From contig JAZRTX010000030.1 of NCBI GenBank assembly GCA_045652205.1, forward strand, positions 38,433 through 102,432: DNA of 64,000 nucleotides, given 5' to 3'. This document shows positions 28,935-38,447 of the stretch, piece after piece. The notes below the pieces were generated by a model. That model was given only the letters and a program-made list of their open reading frames with translations, searched no databases and had not been told where the DNA came from. The position numbers were made by a program, and so were the translations under genes. Numbering within the stretch: position 1 is the first letter of the stretch; each line of letters starts with the position of its first letter. The stretch comes from Clostridia bacterium (GTDB taxonomy: Bacteria > Bacillota > Clostridia > Christensenellales > QALW01).

Positions 28935-29318
28935 TTAAATCGCGGAATCTTCTTCCTGTTTGATATTTTTTATTTGTTCCATCACCTGTGGAACCAAATC
29001 AATCAATTTATCATAACTTGTATTTTTTTGAATTGGTAAAAATCTTATGGCATCGCCCATAATCACTAAAAATCCGCTTGGTTTTACCGTTACGCCTGCA
29101 CCTGAAGCAGATAAAAAAGGAAATCCTTCCTTTTTACTGTGTTCAACCTCATATTCGCCGCCGCCTGTTAAAAAGCCAAAGGAAACCTGCGAAACAGGAA
29201 TAACCGTTGCGCCGTTTGGCGCAATTACCGCGTTGCCAATAACCTTGTCAACGTCAATCATATTGTTAAGGTTTTCCATTGTAGTTCCCATTATGTTTTC
29301 AATCGTATGCTTTTCCAT
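28935..29318 (-). CDS. ytfJ: sporulation protein YtfJ (GerW family)
   Basis: 127 aa; the segment VIPVSQVSFGFLTGGGEY is typical of GerW/YtfJ. Confidence 0.85.
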   Translation of the reverse strand: MEKHTIENIMGTTMENLNNMIDVDKVIGNAVIAPNGATVIPVSQVSFGFLTGGGEYEVEHSKKEGFPFLSASGAGVTVKPSGFLVIMGDAIRFLPIQKNTSYDKLIDLVPQVMEQIKNIKQEEDSAI

Positions 29319-29809
29319 TTTTTCTTGCCCCCTGAAAATTTAATTTTTGCAAATATAATAATTATTTTTATTAAAGTAAGAGAAAATATACATTCGCCCC
29401 GAAGATAAAACGTACTTTTTTCAAAATCAGGAACAACTTCAACATTGCTTCTTCCTTTTGAAAGGTTTAATGCATAAGGTGTAATCAAGCCTAACGCTTG
29501 TCCTGCTAAAAGTGCAGTTGTTGATGCATCGCCTGTACCTATTTTTAATAAAACGTCAAGTTTTTTTATTTTAGCGTGTCTTTTAACAATATTGAAGATC
29601 GGTGCTTTATGCTTTTTTGGATTTTTGCGTGAGAACAGTGACGTAATAACGCTTTTTGCAGTGATGCTTCTTTTAAGAAATTTTATCCCCGAGTTGAACG
29701 GGAGCATAATTTCCGCCTGTATGATTATTGCGTCCGTTTCGGTGTCCGCCCAGAACCTTATTTTAAAAGGAATGAGAAAGACCGCAATAAAAATCAAAAA
29801 ATAAAGCAC
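29291..29809 (-). CDS. ytfI: DUF2953-type sporulation membrane protein (YtfI-like)
   Basis: 172 aa with a GTG start, an N-terminal TM helix and pairing with ytfJ as in Bacillus. Confidence 0.7.
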   Translation of the reverse strand: MLYFLIFIAVFLIPFKIRFWADTETDAIIIQAEIMLPFNSGIKFLKRSITAKSVITSLFSRKNPKKHKAPIFNIVKRHAKIKKLDVLLKIGTGDASTTALLAGQALGLITPYALNLSKGRSNVEVVPDFEKSTFYLRGECIFSLTLIKIIIIFAKIKFSGGKKKWKSIRLKT

Positions 29810-29860
29810 AGATCTTCACCTCAGTAAAAATTCTGTGCTTATTTTTATTAAAATATACCT

Positions 29861-31945
29861 TTAAATTAAAACTTTTTCATCTTTTTCAACTTGTTTTGAA
29901 TAAAGATTTTCTTTTACCTTTGTAAAGCCTTGAATTTCTGTTTCGGAATACACTAAAAACGTGCCTTTTTCAAGTGCTTGTACTCCACCTGCAATCTTTT
30001 TAAAGGTTTTGGGCATTAAGTATTTTTCTTTTAATCCTAAAACTGCTTTGCCATTTTTTATGGGTGTAAAAATAAGCAAACGGAAATCATCGTAATTGTT
30101 TAAGGTAAGATTGATTGTTTCATCAGTGGAAATTCTTTGGTTAAACCAATCATAACAAACGTATTTACCTTGCTTTAACCCCATATCACTTACGGTAATT
30201 TCACCCGTAACGGCTTTTTCATTTTTATCAAGGTTAAATGCGGTAATTACACCCGTATCCTTAAAGGTGTTATAAAGTTTAAATATCTTTTTGTTCTGAC
30301 GGGCATCTTCAAAAAGACAGTCCTTTGTGATTTTAGGCGGATTTTCAAATCTTAAAATTCTGCCATCAGAGAACACAAGGGGCATAAGGATTTCCTGTTT
30401 ACTGCGATTCAGTTTATCAGAAACATAAATAGGTCCGCCGCTTAAAGCCCTTAAAACAGAGTTCTTTTTGGCTTGGGCATCATCTGACCAGAACATATCC
30501 CAATCCCCTGTAAACAAGGTGCTTTGGAACAAGCTGTTATAACTGCATTGAAGCAAGTGATCAATAAACCATAATCTATCTTCGGGCAAGAAATCACCGC
30601 TGAAACGATTGATATTTGAATAAGTACGGTTCCAGAAGTTTTCGTTAGGCATACCCATACAGTTGATAATGGTTTTATTAAAGTATTTTTTAGTTGCCTT
30701 TTCAACGGCTTCGTGAAGGTTTTTAGAAGTTTCACCAACTCCGCCTTTAAAGTAGGAAAAACGCATTGTTGACCCCTGGTTATCTACCTTTACGAAATCA
30801 CCGCCGCAATCTTTATAAAACTTATACTGATAATCGTAGTATTTTTCAATCTTCTTTTTATCGTAAGAATGCATAAGCCTTGGGCCATCGGGGTAAAAAC
30901 CGGGAATGGTGTATTCTAAAAGCTCGGGAATTCTTTTTGCAAGGGGGCCGTTAGGATTGATACCGTACCAGTATCCGCTGATTGGATGCCAGATGCCAAC
31001 GGTTAAACCGTAATTTTCTTTTATTCTTGTAATGCAATCCTTTAAGCCTTTGGGAAATCTTTCAGGCGCTGCTTCAAAATCATTAAGCTCACGCATATTT
31101 TTTGTTTCGTTATCAATACTTGTAACATCATTCCAGGTATCATCAAGTATTGCCCAACGCACCGGGATATTTTTATCCTTAAATTCCTGACACTTTTCAA
31201 GAAGCTTTTCAGTTGTAACGTGATGCTGAAATGCATCCCATGAACACCAGCCAAGGTATTCAAAAGTTTCGGGGTATTTTTTATTCTTGCGTAAATCCCC
31301 TTTCTTGTTCATCTTTTTTAAGCCAAATTCTACTGCTTTTTCAGGTAAATCGTATTCATTTTCACCGATTGCACCTATGAGCAGATGTTCATTTATACTA
31401 TCGCACAAGGTATTTGAACATGCAATCAAAGAAACCCTGTTGTTTTCACATGGAAAGAGTTCGGTTTTGAACATTTGATCGCAAAGGGTAATCAAGCACA
31501 CGTTTTGCTCGTTCATTTTATATAATAATGCCTGTGTGCGTTCTTTAAGGTTACTTAACTTATCGTTTACAAAAGGTTGTTGCCAGAAAATATAGCTCAT
31601 AAACCCTGAAACGTAAGAGCCTGTATGTTTAAGGTTGAAATCAAGGCCTAACGAGCATAAGGAATTAAGGTGATGACCGTGCCCCATTAAGCCTTCATTT
31701 TTATAACCGCCCTGAAGTTTTAATATGAAGCTGTTATTTTCTTCAACAACAGAAAGGGTGAAGCTTGCATTGCCCCCATCACTTTCAAAATATATGTTTT
31801 TTTCATCCCAATTTTTATATTCAAGATAGATTTTATCTTTGGAATCCTGTTCCCAAGGCAGAAGTTTTGTGTTCACCCAAGGGATAATATTTTTTAAAAG
31901 TACTTTATTTTTAAAGTAAAGAGAATTTTCTTTAAAGTAATACAT
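29861..31945 (-). CDS. GH36-clan glycosidase of the raffinose-synthase / Sip1 alpha-galactosidase family
   Basis: 694 aa with YLGWCSWDAF, FVKVDNQ (nucleophile KxD) and GDWDMFWSDD...RALSGGPIYVSDK, all hallmark raffinose-synthase family motifs. No signal peptide. The start lies 5 nt after the activase stop. Confidence 0.8.
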   Translation of the reverse strand: MYYFKENSLYFKNKVLLKNIIPWVNTKLLPWEQDSKDKIYLEYKNWDEKNIYFESDGGNASFTLSVVEENNSFILKLQGGYKNEGLMGHGHHLNSLCSLGLDFNLKHTGSYVSGFMSYIFWQQPFVNDKLSNLKERTQALLYKMNEQNVCLITLCDQMFKTELFPCENNRVSLIACSNTLCDSINEHLLIGAIGENEYDLPEKAVEFGLKKMNKKGDLRKNKKYPETFEYLGWCSWDAFQHHVTTEKLLEKCQEFKDKNIPVRWAILDDTWNDVTSIDNETKNMRELNDFEAAPERFPKGLKDCITRIKENYGLTVGIWHPISGYWYGINPNGPLAKRIPELLEYTIPGFYPDGPRLMHSYDKKKIEKYYDYQYKFYKDCGGDFVKVDNQGSTMRFSYFKGGVGETSKNLHEAVEKATKKYFNKTIINCMGMPNENFWNRTYSNINRFSGDFLPEDRLWFIDHLLQCSYNSLFQSTLFTGDWDMFWSDDAQAKKNSVLRALSGGPIYVSDKLNRSKQEILMPLVFSDGRILRFENPPKITKDCLFEDARQNKKIFKLYNTFKDTGVITAFNLDKNEKAVTGEITVSDMGLKQGKYVCYDWFNQRISTDETINLTLNNYDDFRLLIFTPIKNGKAVLGLKEKYLMPKTFKKIAGGVQALEKGTFLVYSETEIQGFTKVKENLYSKQVEKDEKVLI

Positions 31946-31950
31946 TCTTC

Positions 31951-32784
31951 TTAAAACGCTTTGGCGTTTATTCCTTCCTGTAAAAATATTTCTGTTTTTT
32001 TGTTTAACGGTGCGTTTTCATCAAAAGGCGGATTATATTCCCTGCCTAAATTTTTATATTTTGCACCCGTCATTTTGTTATAAGGGATAAGTTCAACCGT
32101 TACGTTATTTTTATAAGGTGCTAAAAAATCTGCGATGCCTTGTAAATTCTTATCAGTATCGGTTAAATTTGGTATTAAAGGAATTCTTACGGTTATAAAC
32201 CTTTTACTTAATATCGCTTTTGCATTTTTTAAAATCAGTTTGTTGCTTACGCCTGTGTGTTTTATATGCTCATTTTCATCAATCAGTTTAATATCCATAA
32301 AGATATCGTCAATTTTATCAGTTACACGCAAAAAAACTTCCTGTTCAACGTATCCGCAAGTTTCAACCGCAGTTTTAATACCGTTAAGATTTTTTATAAC
32401 TTCAAGAATAAAATCCCCCTGACAAAGAGGCTCGCCCCCTGAAAACGTTACACCGCCTTTTTGTAAAAACACTTTGTTTTTTAAAAGTTTTTCACTAAGG
32501 CTCTCAGGTGTAAACTCCTGCCCTACCACCTTGATATTATCATTGTGGCAGATTTTTAAACAAAGACCTGCATCCCTACATTCTTGGTGGCTACAAGGTT
32601 TTTGGCAAAGTCCGCAAGAAGTGCATTTACTTTGATTTTTGCTTATTTCTTTAATAAAACTTTGCCCTTCGGGATTATGGCACCAAACACATTTTAACGG
32701 ACAACCTTTAAAAAACACCGTAGTGCGAAGCCCGCTGCCATCGTGTAATCCAAATTCCTTAATATCAAAAATAAGACTATTCAT
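31951..32784 (-). CDS. glycyl-radical enzyme activating protein (radical SAM)
   Basis: 277 aa with CPLKCVWCHNPE (CX3CX2C) and a ferredoxin-like Cys insert (CTSCGLCQKPC...CLKIC). Overlaps the GRE stop (ATGAATAG). Confidence 0.92.
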   Translation of the reverse strand: MNSLIFDIKEFGLHDGSGLRTTVFFKGCPLKCVWCHNPEGQSFIKEISKNQSKCTSCGLCQKPCSHQECRDAGLCLKICHNDNIKVVGQEFTPESLSEKLLKNKVFLQKGGVTFSGGEPLCQGDFILEVIKNLNGIKTAVETCGYVEQEVFLRVTDKIDDIFMDIKLIDENEHIKHTGVSNKLILKNAKAILSKRFITVRIPLIPNLTDTDKNLQGIADFLAPYKNNVTVELIPYNKMTGAKYKNLGREYNPPFDENAPLNKKTEIFLQEGINAKAF

Positions 32785-34834
32785 TAAATTCCTGCCTTAA
32801 AATAAGGTGATCCTGATATTCCTTATCAAGTTCAACGAAATAGGCACTCCAGCCCCAGATGCGAACTATAAGATTTTTGTAATTTTCAGGATTCTTTTGG
32901 GCATCAAGCAGTTTTTGGCGGTTAATAGAGTTAAGCTGAAGCTGATGGCCGCCTAAATCAATATACTGTTTAACTAACCCTGCAACTTGTTCAATACCTT
33001 CGTCAGTTTCAAAGATGCTTGAATGGAATTCCATGGTTAAAGGTCCGCCGTTAATGGCCCTTTGAAGTGGTTGCTTGGTAAAGGACTGTATTACTGAGAA
33101 AGGTCCTTTTGATTTAACGTAAATGCTTGGTGAATAGTTTGCACCAAAGGGTTCACCTTTTCTTCTGCCGTCAGGGGAAGCATCCAATTCATCAGCGTGC
33201 CATAAGTAATACATTGCAGAGCCGGGACCTGTTCTGAACTTTCCGCCCCTTTCGTTTACCTTGCCATCAACTGCATCCTGATACCAGTTCATTAAAGTTG
33301 ATGCAATATTATCTACGCTATCAACGTTATCGCCCATTTTGGCGTTTTCAAATCTGAAAAGATGCAATAATTCTTCAAAGCCTTTAAAATCGTTTTTAAT
33401 AGCGTTGATTAAATCCTTTTTAGAAACGTCTTTTTTATCAAAAATATGGTTGCGGATAACTTCTAACGAATCAGAGGCAGTTGCAACACCTGTTCCGTGA
33501 ATACCAAAGTAATTGTATTTTCCGCCCTTTGAAATATCCCTTGCATTTTTTACACAATGGGGCATTAAAACTGAATAAAACGGTGCAGGAACAAAGTAAA
33601 TATTTTTATATTTTTCAAGCATAGTTTCAGTTTCTTCTTTGATTGCTTTACGGATGTATTCCATAAAATCATCAAAAGTTTCGGCTTTTTCAAGGAACTG
33701 ATAAATCGCCTGTTGAACGATTTTAGGATATGAAAGGGCATCAATATTAACTATATCTGCTTCACCGGGTAAAATAAATTCCCAGCATGCAGCAACGGAA
33801 TAATTACGGGCATCCTTTAAATCATAGCCTAAATCAACTAAACCTTTAATTACTACGTCATCATTAGAATACTGTGGAAAGCCAAGCCCCGCCTTTGTTA
33901 AGTGAGTGCCTTCAATATAGCGTTCAAAAGGCGTATCCTTTGAAACGCGTAAGTTTATCTTAGGATCAATAAGTTTAAGCTGGCAACTTGTTCTTAAACA
34001 CATCTCAGATAAAAGATTATATGCATCCCTGCCATCTTCATCACATCCGCCAAGCATCATTGATTGGCCGTTATCACCAAGCTGAATACCAACGTATTTA
34101 TCGTTATCCCAGTTAAACGACATAAAAAATTCTTCTAAAATATCTTCTGCCTGTTCCTGTGTTAAAACACCTTTTTCAAGGTCGTTTTTAAGATAGGGAT
34201 ACATATATTGATCAAATCTGCCAACAGTGTTATGATATTCCCCTTCTGCCCAAAGGGTATAGTGAAGTATGCGGAAAAACTGCAATGCTTCAATAAAACT
34301 TTCTGCTTTTTTATGGGGAACCTTTGTTAAGATTTTAACAATATCTTCGCGATTTTGTTTTTTGGCTTCCTGAATATATTTATCGGTTAAATAAAAAATA
34401 CTGTCAATCTGATTTAATGCGGCATTTAAAAATGCAACGCCTTCTGTATCGTTTTCATTTTCAGCTTGCTTTAAGCGCACCAGAATTTCTTCCTTGCGGG
34501 CATCTAAACCGCAGGCAATGGTATCGCCGTAGCAAGCACAACCGTTGGAAAAATAGCCAAGTTCGTGAATATAATGATTGTTTTTAATTTTTTCCCATTC
34601 ATCTTCTTCAAAAACACTTGGAACGTCAGTAACTGTACGGATAAAAACTATCCTTTGTCCTTGTAAAATTACAGCGTTTTCCTGGGCAAAAACGTCCTTT
34701 AATCGCATTGCCATTCGTGTAACAGGTAAAATTGCAGAATTTGTAAAATCCGATGCAATCTCTTTATTGAATTTTTTTCTGAACGCATGATGTTGTTTAT
34801 TTAACACCTGTTTATATAATGTTTCGTTATACAT
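32777..34834 (-). CDS. glycyl radical enzyme, short form (685 aa), eliminase-type Cys loop; substrate unknown
   Basis: C-terminal glycyl-radical motif LIVRIWGWSAYFVELDKEYQDHLILR (Gly661). Cys loop NYSVAACWEF (Cys350, Glu352). Also ASPDGRRKGEPFGANYSPS and GFPQYSNDD motifs shared with PFL-family enzymes. Confidence 0.88.
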   Translation of the reverse strand: MYNETLYKQVLNKQHHAFRKKFNKEIASDFTNSAILPVTRMAMRLKDVFAQENAVILQGQRIVFIRTVTDVPSVFEEDEWEKIKNNHYIHELGYFSNGCACYGDTIACGLDARKEEILVRLKQAENENDTEGVAFLNAALNQIDSIFYLTDKYIQEAKKQNREDIVKILTKVPHKKAESFIEALQFFRILHYTLWAEGEYHNTVGRFDQYMYPYLKNDLEKGVLTQEQAEDILEEFFMSFNWDNDKYVGIQLGDNGQSMMLGGCDEDGRDAYNLLSEMCLRTSCQLKLIDPKINLRVSKDTPFERYIEGTHLTKAGLGFPQYSNDDVVIKGLVDLGYDLKDARNYSVAACWEFILPGEADIVNIDALSYPKIVQQAIYQFLEKAETFDDFMEYIRKAIKEETETMLEKYKNIYFVPAPFYSVLMPHCVKNARDISKGGKYNYFGIHGTGVATASDSLEVIRNHIFDKKDVSKKDLINAIKNDFKGFEELLHLFRFENAKMGDNVDSVDNIASTLMNWYQDAVDGKVNERGGKFRTGPGSAMYYLWHADELDASPDGRRKGEPFGANYSPSIYVKSKGPFSVIQSFTKQPLQRAINGGPLTMEFHSSIFETDEGIEQVAGLVKQYIDLGGHQLQLNSINRQKLLDAQKNPENYKNLIVRIWGWSAYFVELDKEYQDHLILRQEFNE

Positions 34835-34868
34835 ATTTTCACCTAAAAATCCAAATTCTTCTATTTAA

Positions 34869-34897
34869 ATAATATCATACAGAAAGTCAAAAGTCAA
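34869..34897 (-). promoter_or_regulatory. sigma-A promoter of the GRE-activase-GH36 operon
   Basis: The minus strand reads TTGACT, a 17-nt spacer, then TATTAT. It lies directly after the upstream terminator. RBS AGGTG is 5 nt before the ATG. Confidence 0.6.
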
Positions 34898-34902
34898 TAT
34901 AA

Positions 34903-34925
34903 AAAAGCCTGCAAAAAGCAGACTT
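34903..34925 (-). terminator. intrinsic terminator after the GH42-like gene
   Basis: The minus strand reads AAAAAGTCTGC-ttttt-GCAGGCTTTTTT. Confidence 0.75.
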
Positions 34926-34926
34926 T

Positions 34927-36876
34927 TTAGTATTCCATAACGATAATATCGTGGCATAAAAGTTTATCTACAGTGAACATAATTTCGTTATTATTTTGAG
35001 TAAAATCATATTCCTTGTCAGTTACAGGCGAATAAACTTTTTTAATGGTTTCCCGAACCTTTATTTTGATCGGTATATTGTAAATCGGGATAATATCTTC
35101 AATAATTTCTGCCTTGCCTCTTTTAACAGGTGAAGCGTAAAGCATACCAAGACAATATCTGTTTTGTTCCTTTTGTTTTAAGAAAGATATTCTGCCTTGT
35201 GAGTAAAGTTCAATTTCAACCTGTGGCTGATACACTTTATCAAGAGCTTCCATAAAAATACGCTTATGCATTACTGCACCGAACTCAAAATAATTTGCCG
35301 TCAAAGGATTAGCAATATATATTACATTACCCTTCTTAATAATACCTGCATATTCTTGGGCATCTTTATTGTACGGGGTATTTTTATGACCGCAATAGTG
35401 ATCGTAGGTTCTTGAAAAATACGGGTGGCTGACTGTTGCAAGAACTGTGCCATCAATATTTTTAACTTTGTTTGAAGTTATATAGCAAAGTATCGGTGCA
35501 TCGGGAATATCTCTTTTTGCATTTATTAAATGCATATAATCGCAATCAAATTCACATTTGCCTATATACTCTCCACCGCAATCAAGTAAAAATTCATTAT
35601 CTTTTATTAAAGAATCACCTTCAAAAAGCACTTTACCGCCATTAAAAACAAACTCTTTGATTTTTGCTATGGTGCTTTCATTAAGCTTACATCCATTAGG
35701 GAAAATTACCGTCTGATACTTATTAAAATCATCATTTAGAATAATATCAAACTCGTACTGATTTTCGCAAAGAATCTTTACTACGCCGTGGTTTGCATCA
35801 GGATTTTTTGAAAAATATACACCTAATTTTGTTTCGGTTTCGCCACTATAAACGTAAGGTGTAATTTTTTCAAGATAATTAAAAGCGTAACCAATATTAT
35901 CATAGGTTGCCATTTCAATTTCACCGTCAGGATGCAAATGATCACCGATATAACAGCCTGCGCCGTAAAGAGACATAGCGCAAAGCTCGTACTTTAAAGC
36001 TTCCTTGGTTTTAAAACCGCCGAATTCACCCCAATCGTAGTGGAATTTTGCCGTCATTCCAAGATAATCCTTGCCCAGTTGCTTAAATACCTTAGCCCTT
36101 AACGGCATTTTATCGTATCCTCCCCAAGCCGTAGGAAGATCTTCCATTTCAATATGGGTTTCGTATTGTGTACGATGAAGATTGTTTATATCTGCGCCCC
36201 CTGAATTGAAAAACACGGTAGCATCAGGGTAATATGAGTGCAAAATCTCAGCACACTTTTTAGTGAATAAAACGCGTTTTTGTTCAAAATAAGCTTTGCA
36301 ATCCTGTAAGTTTTCGGGGGCCATATTATTTTCAAGCATACCCTTTTTACATTCATCACAAACACAATACTGGCTTACAAAACAAATATCATATATGATG
36401 CCGTCAACCTGATAATTACGGCAGATTTCGTGGGTAATATCATAAATATACTGAGCATAAGAATTATCACTTAAACAAAGATTTATCCACGAAGCGTGTG
36501 GTTTTTTATCTGTGCCTTTGGCGTTAATATCATAATTCATGGTAAATGTGCCGTCAAAATGTTTTGAAATCCATTCCGGATGTTCAACAGCATCAAGCTG
36601 TGACCAGCCAACAGGAATATAAATAGGTGCATTAACACCGATTTCGTGAGCGGCATCAAGCATTTCACCTAACAAATCAAATTTAAGTTCAGGGTGCATG
36701 GTGCCTATTTTTGTAGGATAATATGAGTATCCGTGATGGCATTTTGCAAATATATTTATGCTTTGTGCATTTGCCCTTTTAAGCGCCTGTTGAAATTTTT
36801 CTTTTGAAAATTTTGCACCTATCCCCTTAATTTCAGGCGAAGTATGAAAATCAAGGTGTATACATCTTTTTTTCAT
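34927..36876 (-). CDS. putative glycoside hydrolase, GHL6 / GH42-like TIM barrel with beta-galactosidase-trimerisation-like middle domain
   Basis: 649 aa. The N-terminus HLDFHTSP...FAKCHHGYSYYPT resembles the 'hypothetical glycosyl hydrolase 6' family from memory. The Cys cluster CFVSQYCVCDEC recalls the GH42 Zn site. No signal peptide. Confidence 0.65.
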   Translation of the reverse strand: MKKRCIHLDFHTSPEIKGIGAKFSKEKFQQALKRANAQSINIFAKCHHGYSYYPTKIGTMHPELKFDLLGEMLDAAHEIGVNAPIYIPVGWSQLDAVEHPEWISKHFDGTFTMNYDINAKGTDKKPHASWINLCLSDNSYAQYIYDITHEICRNYQVDGIIYDICFVSQYCVCDECKKGMLENNMAPENLQDCKAYFEQKRVLFTKKCAEILHSYYPDATVFFNSGGADINNLHRTQYETHIEMEDLPTAWGGYDKMPLRAKVFKQLGKDYLGMTAKFHYDWGEFGGFKTKEALKYELCAMSLYGAGCYIGDHLHPDGEIEMATYDNIGYAFNYLEKITPYVYSGETETKLGVYFSKNPDANHGVVKILCENQYEFDIILNDDFNKYQTVIFPNGCKLNESTIAKIKEFVFNGGKVLFEGDSLIKDNEFLLDCGGEYIGKCEFDCDYMHLINAKRDIPDAPILCYITSNKVKNIDGTVLATVSHPYFSRTYDHYCGHKNTPYNKDAQEYAGIIKKGNVIYIANPLTANYFEFGAVMHKRIFMEALDKVYQPQVEIELYSQGRISFLKQKEQNRYCLGMLYASPVKRGKAEIIEDIIPIYNIPIKIKVRETIKKVYSPVTDKEYDFTQNNNEIMFTVDKLLCHDIIVMEY

Positions 36877-36948
36877 AAGTGAAACGCTCCTTTTGAATTT
36901 ATTATATTATAACCTTTTTTCAGTTTCTTTGTAAACACCAAAAAATTA

Positions 36949-36978
36949 AAAAAGACTGTAAAAACACAGTCTTTTTTT
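36949..36978 (-). terminator. intrinsic terminator after the metallophosphoesterase gene
   Basis: AAAAAGACTGT-aaaaac-ACAGTCTTTTTTT. Confidence 0.75.
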
Positions 36979-36981
36979 AAG

Positions 36982-37986
36982 TTATTTAATAATCAGCCTT
37001 GTAATAACGCCCCAGGGTAAGCAATAAGGTGTTGAACTTACCATATACTGATCAATAGGCTGATCGTGCTTAACGCCTTGCTCATCAACGTAATAAGCAG
37101 GAAGCTTTGTGTGGTTTCCATCGTGGAAATGTCCGCAGAAAATACCTTTAATAACATCAGAATTGCTTTGAATAAGTTCAAGCATCTTTTTATCGGTTTC
37201 GTTTGTATATTGAGGATTACCGATAAGCCTGCGGTCATAAACGTTTGAAGTTTCAAAACGGTTTACAAAGAAGTTAGGTGCTTCCTTATCTTCTTCCTTA
37301 CCTGTTGCGATTGCGGTATGTTGAAAAAGTAAAATAATATTGTTGTCCTTGCGTGCTTTTTCAATTTCTACCTTCAATTTTTCAACCTGATCTTCAAAAT
37401 AGTGTTCTGTTGTATCGTTATCAAGGCCAACAAGCACTACCTTATCACCTAAAACTCTTGTATCATAGCGTACATCATTAGGCCAATAGGGTTTAAGAAT
37501 ATTTATGCGTTCTTCATAAGGAAGCTTATCGGGAAGATTGGTCATATTGTTTTTTGAAACGTCGTGAATAGCGATGGTACACATAATATTAGGCAACCTA
37601 TCAAAAAAAAGTTCTTTAGCGTAATCAAGGGCGCCGTAGGTAAGGTAATCAATAACGTCCCCTGCAATAACGGTGCAATCACAGAATTCTGCCGCCTTAG
37701 TTGCGTTTTCTAACGCTTTAAAACAGCTTGGATGCCTAAATATCATTCCGCGGCATTTACTGCTAAGTTGAACCTCTTCATCGTTAGCATCCTTTTCGCT
37801 TACAACGTGAATATGTGTATCTGCCATAATTGCAACGTCAATAGGCTCGCCACCTTTTTTAGTTTCAATGGTAAGCTCACAAATAACCTGCTTTGTATCA
37901 GCAAGTTGATAGCAGTTTACGTTTGGATTTGGGCGCATATTATCCACGGGCAACTTTTCTTGTGCAAAAAATTCTTGTTTTGTCAT
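36982..37986 (-). CDS. calcineurin-like metallophosphoesterase
   Basis: 334 aa with the motifs DTHIH, AGDVID, (A)IHD, QHT and CGHFHD in canonical order. Confidence 0.8.
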   Translation of the reverse strand: MTKQEFFAQEKLPVDNMRPNPNVNCYQLADTKQVICELTIETKKGGEPIDVAIMADTHIHVVSEKDANDEEVQLSSKCRGMIFRHPSCFKALENATKAAEFCDCTVIAGDVIDYLTYGALDYAKELFFDRLPNIMCTIAIHDVSKNNMTNLPDKLPYEERINILKPYWPNDVRYDTRVLGDKVVLVGLDNDTTEHYFEDQVEKLKVEIEKARKDNNIILLFQHTAIATGKEEDKEAPNFFVNRFETSNVYDRRLIGNPQYTNETDKKMLELIQSNSDVIKGIFCGHFHDGNHTKLPAYYVDEQGVKHDQPIDQYMVSSTPYCLPWGVITRLIIK

Positions 37987-38083
37987 TTTAAATACTCCTT
38001 TTGTATATACAATTTCCTAATAATTATACTATTGTTAATTGTTAAAATCAAGACCTATTTTATTTTTTATTGCTTTATTTTGT

Positions 38084-38112
38084 TTGACAAAACCTATCTT
38101 TTTGTATATACT
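38084..38112 (+). promoter_or_regulatory. sigma-A promoter of tRNA-Pro
   Basis: TTGACA, a 17-nt spacer, then TATACT, ending 16 nt before the tRNA 5' end. Confidence 0.65.
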
Positions 38113-38128
38113 TAAATGGCACTATGAA

Positions 38129-38205
38129 CGAGGCGTAGCGCAGTTTGGTAGCGCGTTGCGTTCGGGACGCAAAGGCCGCAGGTTCAAATCCTGTCGCCTC
38201 GACCA
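38129..38205 (+). tRNA. tRNA-Pro (anticodon CGG), CCA encoded
   Basis: Manual cloverleaf: acceptor CGAGGCG/CGCCTCG, D stem GCGC/GCGC, anticodon stem TTGCG/CGCAA with loop TTCGGGA, T arm GCAGG-TTCAAAT-CCTGT, 3' ACCA. Confidence 0.9.
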
Positions 38206-38210
38206 AAAAT

Positions 38211-38242
38211 AAAGGCATCCAACACGGATGCCTTTATTTTTT
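38211..38242 (+). terminator. intrinsic terminator after tRNA-Pro
   Basis: AAAGGCATCC-aacac-GGATGCCTTT followed by ATTTTTT. Confidence 0.85.
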
Positions 38243-38245
38243 GTC

Positions 38246-38288
38246 CGACAGGATTTGAAGTTTAAGAAGGTATAACGCGTTAAGAAAA
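38246..38288. repeat. copy 1 of a ~40-nt element that begins with an inverted copy of the tRNA-Pro T-loop/3' segment
   Basis: cgacaggatttgaa (38246-38259) is the exact reverse complement of tRNA positions 38183-38196 (14 nt). It is followed by gtttaagaaggtataacgcgttaag, which recurs at 38420-38440. Confidence 0.7.
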
Positions 38289-38394
38289 CAGTACGGTGTA
38301 CTGTTTTTAGCGTTATATACGTGAGTTGGGTACTGCGAGCATTGTGCAACAAGCGGAGCGGTCAACGAACGTGGCAAGGTGCAAAGCACATTGC

Positions 38395-38447
38395 ATCCTG
38401 TCGCCTCGCAGGATTTGAATCTTAAGAAGGTACGAGGCGTAAAAAAA
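38395..38447. repeat. direct 14-nt copy of the tRNA-Pro 3' end abutting copy 2 of the ~40-nt element
   Basis: atcctgtcgcctcg (38395-38408) is identical to tRNA positions 38188-38201. It is followed by caggatttgaatcttaagaaggtacgaggcgt. CGCCTCG (38402-38408) and CGAGGCG (38432-38438) can pair. Confidence 0.7.

Noticed and set aside
38320-38408. Possible second tRNA or tRNA pseudogene ending in ..atcctgtcgcctcg
   Set aside because: Only the last 14 nt match the tRNA. No T-loop (TTCAAAT), D arm or anticodon arm can be folded upstream on either strand.
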